Source: Neoechinorhynchus agilis (Eukaryota > Animalia > Acanthocephala). Taken from it: 64,000 nt of DNA. The DNA lies in assembly GCA_051530055.1 (NCBI GenBank), contig CM121341.1:14796784-14860783 (forward strand), in the 5' to 3' direction. Positions within the stretch are counted from its first letter, which is position 1. Every line of letters starts with the position of its first letter. The notes beneath the pieces were generated by a model. The model was given only the letters and a program-made list of their open reading frames with translations, made no database searches and had not been told where the DNA came from. Positions 13,616 through 26,771 of this stretch are shown here, piece after piece. Both the position numbers and the translations under genes were made by a program.

Positions 13616-16385
13616 ATGAAAGGTAACCTTTATTCTTGTATTTCTTCGTTCAAAATTTTAGTAATTAAGTTTTTATTACTCTTGCTCTGATTTGCTTAAT
13701 CGTGAGCAGGACGAAGGCACAAAATCAACCAAGCATCAAATTCAGTTAGTAGATTACTTTTTAAGTTTTCATTTACCTTTAAATTCCAAAAAGGCTCAAC
13801 TGGTCTGACTGAGGAGGAGAAAGTTCTTCTTTATGAGTTCATGAGTGAATCATTGAATTCCCCTCAGGGATTGAGGGCATGCATCACACGACCTGCAAGC
13901 CTCGGAACGTCTAGTTGCAAATCCTACATCGCCAGGAAGGTAGCCGAGGCTGTTCACAAATTCGGTGAGATTTACAGTTAAGGCTTTAGTCGTTAATAAT
14001 GATCTTCTCTTAGATCTACCAAGGGACATGACTTTTTGTATTGAAGAAATATACGAAACAGATTCGACAACGACAACTGAACGGATAACTTCGGACTCAA
14101 CGTCGGAAGCAACTTCCGAAGAAACTTCGGACGCTACCTCAGAGGAATCGACTGCTCTGCTGACTAGTGAATTAACTTCGGAAGCTACCTGGGAAGCAAC
14201 TTCGGACGTTACTACAGAGGAATCAACTGCCCTGCCAACTTCCAACGCTACCACAGAGGAATCAACCGTACTGTCAACTTCGGAAGCCACGTCGGAAGCA
14301 ACTTCGGACGCTACCACAAAGGAATCGACCGTCCTGTCAACTTCGGAAGCCACGTCGGAGGTTACCACAGAGGTTTCAACTACCCTCTTAACTTCTGAAT
14401 TAACTCCGGAAGCAACTTCGGAAGTAACTTCGGACGCAACAACAGCGGAATCAAGTGCCCTGCCAACTTCTGAATTAACTTCAGAAGCCACCTCGGAAGC
14501 AACTTCTGACGTTTCCACGGAGGAATCAACTACCCTGCCAACTTCGAACGCTACCACAGAGGAATCAACCGTACTGTCAACATCTGAATTAACTTCGGAA
14601 GCCACCTCCGGAGCAACTTCGGACGTTACTACAGAGGAATCAACCGTACTGTCAACTTCTGAATTAACTTCGGAAGCCACCTCGGAAGCAACTTCGGACG
14701 CTACCACAGAGGAATCAACTACCCTCTTAACTTCTGAATTAACTTCGGAGACCACGTCGGAAGCAACTTCGAACGCTACCACAACGGGATCAACTGCCCT
14801 GCCAACTTCTGCATTAACTTCCGAAGTCACTTCGGACGATACCACAGCGGAATCAACGTCGGGTACAACTTCGAACGCTACCACAGAGGAATCAACTGTC
14901 CCATCAACTCCGGACGCAACTTCGGACGCTAGCACAGCGGAACCAACCGTCCTGTCAACTACGGAAGCCACGTCGGAAGCAACTTCGAACGCTACCACGG
15001 AGGAATCTACTCTGCTGTCAACTTCAGAATTAACTTCGGAAGCCACCTCGGAAGCAACATCGGACGAATCAACTGCCCTGCCAACTTCCAACGCTACCAC
15101 AGCAGAATCAACCGTCCTGTCAACCCCTGAAGCCACTTCGGACGCTACCACACAGGAATCAACCGTACTGTCAACTACGGAAGCCACGTCGGAAGCAACT
15201 TCGGACGTTACTACAGAGGAATCAACTGCCCTCTTAACTTCTGAATTAACTTCGGAGACCACGTCGGAAGCAACTTCGAACGCTACCACAACGGGATCAA
15301 CTGCCCTGCCAACTTCTGCATTAACTTCCGAAGTCACTTCGGACGATACCACAGCGGAATCAACGTCGGGTACAACTTCGAACGCTACCACAGAGGAATC
15401 AACTGTCCCATCAACTCCGGACGCAACTTCGGACGCTAGCACAGCGGAACCAACCGTCCTGTCAACTACGGAAGCCACGTCGGAAGCAACTTCGAACGCT
15501 ACCACGGAGGAATCTACTCTGCTGTCAACTTCAGAATTAACTTCGGAAGCCACCTCGGAAGCAACATCGGACGAATCAACTGCCCTGCCAACTTCCAACG
15601 CTACCACAGCAGAATCAACCGTCCTGTCAACCCCTGAAGCCACTTCGGACGCTACCACACAGGAATCAACCGTACTGTCAACTACGGAAGCCACGTCGGA
15701 AGCAACTTCGGACGTTACTACAGAGGAATCAACTGCCCTACCAATTTCCAATGCTACCACAGCGGAATCAAGCGTCGTGTCAACTCCGGAAGCCACCTCG
15801 GAAGCAACGTCGGACGTTACTACAGTGGAATCAACCGTCCTGTCAACTCCTGAAGCCACTTCGGACGCTACCTCCGCCGAATCAACTGTACTGTTAACCT
15901 CGGAAGCCACGTCGGAAACAACTTCGGACGTTACCACAGAGGAATTAACTGCCCTACCAACTTCGAACGCTACCACAGCCGAATCAACCGTGCTGTCAAC
16001 TTCGGAAGCCACGTCGGAAACAACTTCGAACGCTACCACGGAGGAATCAACCACGATTTCGTCTGGCCGAGAACCTTTCCCGATTGTTTTCGTTCCAATA
16101 AGAAAACTGGATTCACCAGATGAAGATGTACTTGACTTCAAACCGTTGGTTTCCGACGAACAAATCAACAAAGGTTCTTTCGAGAAATTGATCACTTTAG
16201 TTGACGAACAAATTGAGAAGATTCCATTTTTGATTGAAAATATCAAGAAATCATATTCTGAGATCGCAAATTCTACGTTGGGAAGGACTCGACATGAACG
16301 CAGCGTTTCGGATACGGCAACTTTGGTTGACGATGATGGATTCAGAGGCAAAGGAAATTTTTCAGAAGCCAACCCACTTAACTAG
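13616..16385 (+). CDS. Secreted Thr/Ser/Glu-rich mucin-like protein, paralogue 2 (exons 13616-13622, 13670-13744, 13794-13964, 14014-16385)
   Basis: Same intron positions as paralogue 1 and signal peptide MKVFITLALICLIVSRTKA. Carries a 507-bp internal duplication and a shorter C-terminus. Confidence 0.88.
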
Positions 16386-18159
16386 AATTGCTTGATTAGT
16401 AGTGATCTTAGTTCTTAGTTAGAGTTATTTATTAGACATCATCAATAAAGCCCTCGATATCCTTTATAAGTTTCTCTTCTTCCTTTTTTAACATATTAAT
16501 TTCATTCCAAAGAGTAAACAAATAAGAGACCATGTTATGATCAGCATCTGCAGCTGGCATGTACATTCTCCACCAGAATTCTACCTGTTATGAAGGCAAA
16601 TAAAGTTTCGTTGTTAGATTAAATGATACTCACATCGCATGGAATTGTAAGATATTCTTTATTGACAATAACGGCGTCCTCGAAATCAGAATATATATCG
16701 ATGTTCAATGATGAGTAGGTCTCGCACAGATTTCGGAACAAGCTTAGTAAAAAACGTTCATCGAATCCCATTGCGAATTAATTTGAGCGCAAAAGCTAAA
16801 ATATAAATAGTTTTTAAAAAGGAAATTATGAGTGTTTAGACAAACACAAAAAAATCTGAAAAAGTACAAATTATCCGCAATTTAGTCTTAATGGAACAAT
16901 ATCGTGAATTAAAAGTTGTAAGCATTTTTTTGCATCACCGCAAATCAATTACTGTTAATCGGATATTGGTTTCGAAATTAAAATCGTAATCATGCACTTA
17001 ATCTAAAATTAAATCCACATTGGAGTTCTTAGCTAGTCGTTTCGGTTCGAAGTTATTTGGTCAAAATAAAAAATAGCTTATCCACTAAAATTATATTTGT
17101 TATACATAATGCAATTGTGTGAATTTAAAAGTATAGGGCATTTAACGATAAAACATTATTGCACTACTCTGATACTCAGAATATTTTACAGAATTCATAA
17201 ATGACTCCCTCTTTGCATTCGGTATAAAAGAGTTTGGGCCTAGCAACTATTATACAAAGAATAAGGTACACTAACTGTGAAAAAATTTGAAACAACTTCC
17301 CATGAAGTTCTCGAAGATTCCCAGTGTTCGAGTACAAAAATTACCTGAAACAAACAGTCGAGTAGAGGAACAAAACAAGCGAAATTCTCCGAACGAAAAT
17401 CATTTCGCCTATATTTGCCAATAAAAACATTTTGTTTGCAGTCAACCATTGGCTATTCACAAAAAAAGAGATTTGCGAATGCCGTTATTGATCTGATTTC
17501 CGGATTCAGTATAAGATTAGCAAGTACTCAAGCGCAAGCACCGTATCCTTCCTATTCCATATTGTTAATAAGCATCACGTTTGATCCAGATTTAATGCTT
17601 TCACAGTAAATTTGCTGCGCGAATAACCACTTTCGACTCAGCCCCGACTCAGCAAATTTGCTTTACATACGTTCCCAACTAACTGGAACATTGATTCCAC
17701 GAGATTTATAGACGATTGGTCAACTTTCCTATGTTCATTACCCAAATACAGGTGATTTACCATCTGGTCGATCATTGCTTCCCGAACAGTATTTACAGAT
17801 CTACAAGGTGAATAAAAAATCTCAAAATCGTATATCAAGACGATTCTCGAAAATCGACAGTGATATTCGAAAACCATCAAAATATCGCAAGTATTTACTT
17901 TCAATTACTGGTTTGGTTTTATCCCAACCGACGGTTAGTTTTATTGAAGTACCAAGCGGGGTCTTGTGACAGACGCTCAATATTTTACCTTTATAAGTTT
18001 GACCCATCGACAACGTTCGGAACAACTCGTAGTCGTTCTGTTTCCCCGAATAATCATCGGCGATTGAGGCGCACCAGAGCAGAATAACCTATTTTAAAGG
18101 TGAAAATGTTTTGTGTGTATTTTTGTGGAAATTATGGATAAAAAAAATTTTCAGACGCA

Positions 18160-18960
18160 ATTAATGAAAGGAATGCGATTTTGTTAGTAAAATTTGTCGC
18201 CGTTAAGGAAAACGGAAGTCGTGGTACATTGTTATGCTTCACCAGGAGGCGATTTTAGTTGTAAATAATGACTTTTTGGAATTTTATTTTTAAGTGAATC
18301 GACAAGCGTTTTTCTGAGAATTAAAGCAAATTATCAAATCGGGACAATTTGAGTTTAAAAAAGTTTTGAAAAAATCGGCTTTTGTTCTAGTTAAAATCGA
18401 GGCCGTGATGATATAAAGATATGGCGAAACATTTAAGTGCTTAATCTAAAAGCGATGTTTTTTTGTCAAATTGACATGTCTTTTAGTTTATTTTTTCCAG
18501 CGAGTAAATTCACATTTCCTTATGATTATTGACAATAATTAATTGGGGATAATTTTAGTTTTTTTCCCGAATTTATTTTTAACGAAATGCGATTTTATTT
18601 CAAGTAAAATCAAGCCTCTTGGTGGAACAGAGAAATCGTGCAACCAATTTGTTTTTAACCTTATAACGAGTTTTATTTTAAAATAGAAAAGGACTTTTTG
18701 GAATCTTGTTTTTTGCCTACTAATCAATACGCATTTATTTTAACAATAAAGCAAATAAATTATTGGTTACAATTTTAACCTTTAAAAAACTAATAAACAA
18801 ATGATATTTTCGTGAGCAAAATTAAGCGCCGTGGAGAAACAGAGAAGCCGTGGAACTTTTTTGTTCTTGGCGTTGAAACGAAATTTTGTTTTTAAATAGG
18901 TAACGACTTTTTGACTAATCAACGCGTATTTATCTCAGCAATAAAGCAAATATGTTATTA
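18160..18960. repeat. Degenerate AT-rich tandem repeat (about 3 diverged units)
   Basis: Recurring blocks GCGATTTT..GTAAAAT..GAAAC.GAAG.CGTG (~18175, ~18588, ~18805) and GACTTTTTG..AAAGCAAAT (~18270, ~18690, ~18905). Confidence 0.55.
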
Positions 18961-19735
18961 GAGATATCAATATTGAAATGCTCGGTTTACCAATTTTTTA
19001 TCCTTGCAACTTTGTAGAATACTGGTCGTGCCGTGGTGCATTGTACCACAGCGTGTGGAGATTCACCGTGGTCTTTAATGGAAAAAGCATCTTCCTCGGC
19101 GTTTCTAGGTGTTCTCATAACAAAGCTAAACTCAAGTTTTAGGAACCAGTATCCTACATAGTAGTTAGGATAAAAACCCTGGTATACCGAGCACTTCGAT
19201 ATTGCTCTGATCAAAATCTCCTACGCCATGAAATACATCTGCTCAGGAACATGCTGGTAAATAGATGTTAACCGAGTTGCAAGATACCTCGCTGTATTTG
19301 GGACGCACGCTATGCTACCTTCAGGAAACAATACGAACCCAAAGAAGCGGTTTTCGGAGTAGTTCCATTCATTAACGATCGATGGAACTCCGATGTGAAT
19401 CCAATCCTGAGGTCGGATAACGGACGAACAAAAAAGTGCATACCATTTTGCAGAGCCGGCAAGAAATTGTCCAGCATTGTTAATCAATTAGCCAAGTCCA
19501 TCTTGGAAGGCTGCGACTATGAGATACCCTGTAAAGACTGCCCACAAGTCTACATTTGGCAGACTATCCACGACGCACGATTGGTGAGCATCGAAGCACC
19601 GTTGAACAAGAAAACGGACCAAAGCTCGGCAGTGGTGTCGACATCAAATCACGAGATTCATTTTGACAACGTCAATGTATTGTAGCAAAGTGACGATCAA
19701 TGTGCACGCGTGATCGTTGAAGCGATGTACATTGA
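18960..19735 (+). mobile_element. Penelope-like element fragment (RT C-terminus + GIY-YIG)
   Basis: AFLGVLIT, KTLVYRALRYCS and YEIPCKDCPQVYIWQT. Confidence 0.8.
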
Positions 19736-19739
19736 CTTA

Positions 19740-22650
19740 TTTATTTATTTTATTTATTTATTCAGCCACACACAATAGACACAATACAAATACTAGTTAA
19801 ATCCTTTTTGCCGCCTTTTTCCCTTTTTTAACTGAAAAATTGGTAGTTTGGAATTCGATCGAGTGTCGGATTGATCCATATCCCTCGCTCGAAGTCCTCA
19901 CCACCTCAACTTTGTAAAATGAATTTTCGGAAGCCGTGCCTTGACAATTTATTTGTTAATTGATTGAAGAGAATTGCTTCATCACTTGAGAGCCTTTTAA
20001 TCCTTTGTGAGATTAAGTAGTTGTCTTTGTCTTCTTTGGAGTAAATGAAGCTAAATACAGAAGATCCCACCTTAACATACCTACAATTGTTAAAGTGGGG
20101 ATTATAAAACCAAATTTTCATCAAAAATAGTCTGCTGAAAAAGGAGTTCAAAGAGCCAATATCGAGTCCTAGGATGTAAAATTGTTGCTTTAGTTTTTTA
20201 ATAAAGCTTACGTAAAAGTTAGAACGTAGTTCCGGAGGTCTGCCTCTAGCAAAGAAGCACTTTTGATGATGTTGTATAAAATGGGGTCGTCAATTAATAA
20301 ACGACGAGCATGAAGTTTATTTTATTCATTGTTAATTTAAAAGATGTACTTACATAAAATCGGTTACTCATGGGAGGGAAGTCCACTCCTAGGAGTTTAG
20401 TGTGTTTCTTGGTTAATATTCCACTATAAAAAGTCGAAGAATTAATAAAATTAATTAGTGATTTCCTAGGTACAGCAGATTTTGTTAGAGAGATTATACA
20501 AGATTTATTGATATTAGTAACTAAGTTGGCTTTCTTAAGTTCATTATTTAATTTATTTATATAAAGAGTGAGTGTGTCCAGTAATCTAAGTCTGAATCGA
20601 CTATAACAGTATAAAAAAATATCATCCGCGTAGACAAGCGGATGTATATTTTTAAAGCCTTTCATTGATTTAAAAATAAATATAGTTACTAAAAGAAATA
20701 ATGTAAGGGATAGTGGAGATCCTTGTGGGACACCCAATTTAGTATAAAATTTATTACATAACGGGTCCACTTCATAATAAAACGATTTTGATTCGATTAG
20801 GTGTTGAATTTTATAAATTAAATTTAGGGGAATATGAAATTCCTGTAGGACCTTGTATAAAAATACCCTATCTAAAGCATCAAATGCTTTATTTAGGTCT
20901 AATTGTATAAGCAATTTATTTACATGTGTTTGTCTATTAAGATCATGCAGATCATGTAAAAGTGAATTGACTCCACGGCGACGATCAAAGCCATGAAAAT
21001 TTTGAGGAATAATGTTACGTGATTCGAAAAAGGCCAGTAATTTTTTATTAATGATCCTCTCAAGACATGATATTATTGGGTTTTGAATTGCTATACTCTA
21101 ATATGGTTTGGCTGAGAGATAGCTCTTTTAGTCTTAGGAATAAATATTTTCTTGACGACATTTATGAGTTTTAGATCATTGAAGTCCAGCTTAGATAAAA
21201 AAATTTAGAGTGAAAGAGTAAAAACTCATCCGTGTATTGCCGTGAAGATTTTAGGGGAGACTGAAAATTTATTAAAGGCTTTTGAGGGGTTATTTTTGCA
21301 GGCTGAAAATAAATCCGTTAAATTGAAATGCCATCTAAAATGTTTGTTTGATAAAATGGTGATGGGGGATTATTAGATACACTAAAAGTATGATATGTTA
21401 AAAGCTGTTCAATAACGGACGGATATGATACCGATCCTATCGAGTTCGCTGATCTAGCTTTCCAACTCACCGGTTTTCGATTTAAGACTATAGACCAGAA
21501 CTTTTGAGAGAAACTTTGTTGTTTTTTCAAGATCACTTTTTCTTTCAAGATTCGATCATAGAATTTGGCTTTGAAAAAGTCTTTTATGAAGTTATCATGT
21601 AACGCACGATTGCCATGAAGATTAGCAAGAATGGCCCTTTTATAGAAGAATTTTGCCTCTTTAGATAGTTGAGATCGTTTAATCAAAGATGAGATTATCA
21701 GCGTTTTCTTCACCGCACGTAATAGGATGTCATTAAAAGAGTATAGAAAAATATTTCTACTAGCACTTAGCCTTCTAATATGAAGTTATTAAAATTATTG
21801 ATGCTAGCTTGGTTAAAAGTAAAAAAATCTTTTAAGTTAGGTCCCGATGAGCTAAAGATTATAAGATCATGACCCAATAATAATTGGGATTGTAATTGTA
21901 ATATAGGGGCAAAAATCCAGAGCGACATTATTTCTAATGATCGCTCCATCAATAAAAGTGTCTACCCTGTGAAAAATTATGAAATGAAGGGAATTGAGCA
22001 ATAAGGAAGGTATGATCGTTGAATAAAGGTCTTATACATGATAAGAAATTAAAGTTAAAATCTCCTATAATAGTCTGCGTTCCAGAACTTTAAAAAGGAG
22101 GAGTATTGTTTAATGAATTTTTTTACAGATCGAGGACGAATATAGATATTTATGATTATGAAATGCGGCTGGAGTTGTGTGTAACAGGAGTTAAACGGAT
22201 TATTAATCTGTATTATTTGCATTAAGCAGAGGTCATTATTAATCGATAATAAGTGTTTAGGAGCAAGATCTCTTTTTATAAAAATTTGTAAGCCTCCACA
22301 AAAACCAATATAAGGGTTGGTTCTTGGAGCAGAGGGATGAATATAAAATCCTTCGTAAGAGTTATCACCCAATAATGATAACGGCCCGGTTCTTGAAAGC
22401 ATAGAAGGTTCGGCATATTGTTAGAAATATTCATAAGAAGGTGTGGGGGAAGATTATGATCTTGAGGTGTTGTATGCGCAAAAAGAGAATTTTCTAATGT
22501 CATATTGATTCATATTCATTGACGGGTAGGTAACTTCGGCTTTTTGGGATCTTTATATGGGTTACATTGACTTGAGTCGTCATATGATGCTGAAGATGGG
22601 CCTCTTTTCCGGGAATGATTTGAATAGTTTGTAATATTTCAGAAATGGGA
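19740..22650 (-). mobile_element. AT-rich LINE (APE + RT, frameshifted) with an (AATA)n 3' tail
   Basis: APE motifs LCFQEPG, GGLQIFIK and NIYIRP. RT motifs LDLNKAFD, GVPQGSPLS and YADD (ORF 20294-20914). An (ATTT)n tract lies at ~19737-19762. Confidence 0.88.
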
Positions 22651-23150
22651 GTCCTTTTTTCAGAAAAATATAAGAAGGATTTCCTGAAATACCTATCTAC
22701 CACTGACATTCCCCACTCATATTTCTCCAGGAAATGCAACATCTTGACGCTAAATCCCCCGCCTGAGATAGATGATAAAGATAAAAAATATATAAGAGAT
22801 CAGTTGGGAATAATATTTTTAAAATACCTCTTTAAACCAAATTGCCAAATCCCATATGCAATGTTGGGACAGACAGACATTGACAATGCATGTAGAAAGG
22901 ACGGGTTGTCGATCGGATTACTTGGTTTTAACGTCATCTTCGCAGTATTCAAGAATGAGATGGATGATTTTATACTAATATCAATGTAGAAAATGCCAGG
23001 AGCACACTGCATACAGATGCGGTAAAAATGTAGCTTGCACTCATTGCAGTGGGGAGCACGAAAATGTGTTAACTGCATTTTGAACCATAAGGCATACGAT
23101 ACCAGATGCGAGGAGGCAAAAAAGTATTTGAATTTTTTCATTAAACTACC
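22645..23150 (+). mobile_element. gag-like ORF1 fragment of the same LINE family, in opposite orientation
   Basis: NPPPEI..KYL..PYAML aligns with NPPSEL..KYL..PYALL at 60903-61200. It is followed by the frameshifted knuckles CRKCQEHTAYRC and CTHCSGEH. Confidence 0.7.
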
Positions 23151-24600
23151 ATATGGGTGAAATCAGACCCGAGCCAAAGGCCTGGTCGGTGGGTCACTCA
23201 TGTGCTCATAATACGTTCTCGCCTCCACCGGCAATATTTAAACTAATAAGCAAAGAGGTTAAGTCTGTGATGATTTCGAAAATATTTTTTAATTTGAGAA
23301 TTCAAAATATTAAACTTTTATTTGTAGAACATAATAATGTACAAAACGTGCAATCACCAACGCAGGCCAAGGAACTAAGGCCCATTTCCATTCCATAATT
23401 GAAAGAGCGATAGCATGGAAGCTCTTAGATTTCGTTCAAGATAATCATTTAATTCCGCCTTTCATGCACGGTTTTGTTCCAGAGAGAGGTGTCCACAGTC
23501 TGACGGAACAATTAATGGATTTATCTAGAGAAAGACAACGACATGTCAACGTGTTGCTACAATTAGACATATCGAAAGCATTCGATGAAATTTATCGCTC
23601 TTTTATCTATAAGACTTTAAGATTTTTCAAGGCGCCTAAAAACTTATCTACCATACTATAATCCTATCAGAGACAAAGGGGGCCTTTTTTGAACTTGATA
23701 AGGATAAGAGAATTTTCTATCCTGTTCATGGAGTCCCTTAAGGCTCACCTTTATCACCAATCTTGTTTGTGGTAGCTATGCCTTTTTATTCAAAAACTTC
23801 AAGCCTAAAAATGGAACTGAAATTTTCGTTTACGCGGACGATATTTTCTTTTTTTATCAGAGAGGTTTCTACCGGGGAAAGCTCATCCGGATATAAATCT
23901 CCAAAAATGTCTTATTATCCCTAACAACCAGACCAGAGCAACTAATCTTATAACTTTAACACTTTTATCTAATTTTAGAGAGTTGCCGAAGGTTTCGAAA
24001 AATAGCAAGTTATTAGGACTCCAGATCCCGTTATTTGGATACCCGAGGTACGAGTTGGGAAGGATTTGAAATATGTTTTATAAAGCTAAACTCATATTGA
24101 AAAGGGGGAAGCGTTTAGGTCTAAATGATAAAATGGTGATAAATATAATTAAAACCCTTATTTTTGGTACAATTTGTTTTTTATGAGAGGCAGACCGCCA
24201 GAACAACGACTAATGATGTTTTTTAAAATCTTCCCGATTGTTAAAAAGATCAAGTTTTTATCAGCGGAATCAAATAAGGCATTGAATAAAGATCTGGCGG
24301 TTTTCTTTTTATCCAAAATATGGTTTTATAGCTGTAAATATAAATTCGCAAAACTTGTTTTCAATTCACACAATCAAATGTTCCTGTAACTAATGAAAGT
24401 TAAGCTTGATTCAACTAATTTTAAAGAAATTATAATCCGAGACTTCTTAAAATCATTTGTACTCCCCTTCACAAACGGTGAGTTACCTTAACAGATCTTA
24501 GTAACATTTATAGGAAATGGAAGTATTCGAAACTAAACACGGCTAAATGCGCTTATTCTCTGTTTTGATAATTGCGCAGAGACAAAAGTGGGCGCAATAA
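23150..24600 (+). mobile_element. Degenerate RT region of the same LINE family
   Basis: RPISI, HGFVPERG, QLDISKAFD, GSPLSPILF and YADDI, with many stops. Confidence 0.8.
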
Positions 24601-24779
24601 CTGCTAAATCTCAAGCAATTGTAGAAAAGGATTGTAATGGAGGTTCTTAGACAATGAATGATTGTAAATAGTATGAGTTAATAAATAAATATAGTCAAAT
24701 AAGGCGGATTATAGGATAAAGCCACCCGGACCTACCTTTTGGACATGAAGTCCGATGAGACAGACGAAATATTGAATTA

Positions 24780-25452
24780 GTGAAATTAAACTCTATTTTC
24801 TCAATCACTAAACAAAATATCTTACTTGAGTATTATATCGACCACTCCCCAGTTTTCACACACTGTCGCTTCACAAAAAGAAGGCATATTGATGAACAAC
24901 TTCTTTACAACAAACATAAAATATTCCCTAACTTCTATAATATCCCAACAAATAATTCGAATATACAACTGTAACATACCATGGATAACCCCCACCTTGA
25001 AACTCGTTCAAAATCAAGCATCTAAAGCCCATTGAAATAAATTTCCTGACTTTCCCCGTTTACAAAAAGTACTATCTCACAAAATACTTGTTGCCCGCAA
25101 AAATTTCCTTCAAACCAAAATTCGTTCAGGTGGCAATTGAACATGGTGGCGAGCCGCAAATGACTCTCTTGGTCTATTCAACCCTGATCCCTCCCCAAAT
25201 TTGTCCTCTTCTGAACTGAATCATGTCCTAGACTTTATCAATCAGAACCTCTGCCATGACTCAAATTACAACCCACACAATCTTTCACTCCCACAACTGA
25301 TACTTTTGTCAACTCTCCGATGCTCTCCTTAGTATCGTCATACGAAGTACTACAACATGTCAAGAAATTACCTCGAAATTCGTAATTTCAATCCAAAATC
25401 CCAAACTGGGCTCTTTACTGCATCATTTTGATAGAACGTGTTATTATTATGA
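24780..25452 (+). mobile_element. L2/CR1-like LINE fragment
   Basis: PWITPTLK linker motif and the family 3' end AACGTGTTATTATTA at ~25435-25450. Confidence 0.55.
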
Positions 25453-25499
25453 GATGGCAAAATTATCATTCCGGCACTCAACTTGCACCTCCACTTTTT

Positions 25500-25995
25500 A
25501 AAAGCTTAAAAAACAATCAATGAAGGATATTATTTTAGTTTGAAAATTATATTATCCATTGCAGCTCGCGTTCGTACAAGTTTCAGTGTTGAGAAATCTT
25601 GATAACTTGCAATATTTCATAGTAGTCAGGTCACGGCTAAGAATTGCGTTCACTTCGGTGTGTCGTGAGTACCTTCCGCCTGATTGCCGACAGACGAGAC
25701 CACACCGCCCCGGTAATTCCATGGTCGCTCCGCAACGGCAGCAATGTGATGTGCACATCGGTACCACAAGTCTCAGGGACACTGCAATCATTACTGTCTC
25801 ATCGGAGAGAAGGGTACCCGATTCTTTTGTAGAGACTGCCGCCAATCGAGTTCGATTCACCAGGTCACGAGAATCTGAAATCGAAGAGTTCTGAATTCTC
25901 GCTTCAAGGAGCGAATCCCAAACTGATTATTTGCAACCATTGACGGAAATCTGTTCGCTACCGGAATCTTCACACCAAAGATTAAGAACCTTCAC
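25500..25995 (-). mobile_element. CRE-like (restriction-like endonuclease) non-LTR fragment
   Basis: RTRLAAVSTKESG, SLRLVVP, CRCG and RHTEVNAILSR; close in sequence to 53280-53830. Confidence 0.8.
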
Positions 25996-26129
25996 TAAAT
26001 CTTCATCCAGCCCGGGTGTCCCAAAAAATGTGTACACTTTAAAATAATAAAGTATAAAGATTTAAGCAGCTGACAACTTAGTTTTTTGTTTTTTAAAGAC
26101 TTTACCCATTGAATCGAGTTGGATAATTT

Positions 26130-26326
26130 GAACGAATTGATATTCCATGAAATAACGCAGGTATTGTAGGAGCATTGGTTAATCAGGAATTAACAAAAGA
26201 CGGATTCGACGTTCACTTTCAGACCAATCACCTAGGACACTTCCTATTCACAAAACGTATCTTATATCCAGTGAAAAAAATCGCAACAAGGGCGAATAAT
26301 AAACGTTTCAAGTCTTGCATATGAAG
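26130..26326 (+). pseudogene. Short-chain dehydrogenase/reductase (RDH11/12-type) exon fragment
   Basis: NNAGIVGALVNQELTKDGFDVHFQTNHLGHFLFTKRILYPVKKSQQGRIINVSSLAY matches the classical SDR motifs NNAG, NHLGHF and INVSS. There is a stop just upstream and no other exons were found. Confidence 0.7.
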
Positions 26327-26771
26327 GTTAAAACTCCATTTTGCCTAAAATTAAATGCTTGAAGGATAATTATCTGAAATACATTTCGAGAAATAAATAG
26401 AAAAATCCTTAATTATTTACTAATATCGATATCTTTAAAATAAAAGTATTTTCGTAAATTAAATATCATTCTTTAAATAAATACTAACGGGGTTTTTAAC
26501 TATCGATCGCTTATTTGTAAGGTGTTTGTTTCAACTCGTGAAAACTAAACCCTAAAATTCCAATAAGGTAGCATTTTTGTTTTGTATTTCTTGATTTCGA
26601 AATTGCATCCTAAGAAAATTTCAGAGCATAAGATTTAGTGCCCGCAGATCTTTCCATTCCAAACATAATATTGAACAAATGCTTGGGTTTTTTCTAAGTT
26701 GCAACCTCACAATCGCTGTCGAACCGCTCAATTCATTATTGTCTTCTGCACATGATCGATATAGACATCGT

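Larger units (their letters stand above)
3225..17610. repeat. Tandem segmental duplication with a ~5.1-kb unit: ~3225-8428, ~11554-16665 and partial ~16666-17610; a LINE and a PLE lie between units 1 and 2
   Basis: The anchor AAG(T/C)TTAGTAAAAA(C/A)CGTTCATCGAATCCCATTG occurs at ~3305, ~11556 and ~16740, followed by collinear high-identity sequence. Confidence 0.93.

Noticed and set aside
17638-18087. Short overlapping ORFs after unit 3
   Set aside because: No motif or consistent splice model.
26010-26045. CCGGGTGTCCCAAAAAATGTGTACAC, similar to a Tc1/mariner terminal inverted repeat
   Set aside because: No partner repeat or transposase found.
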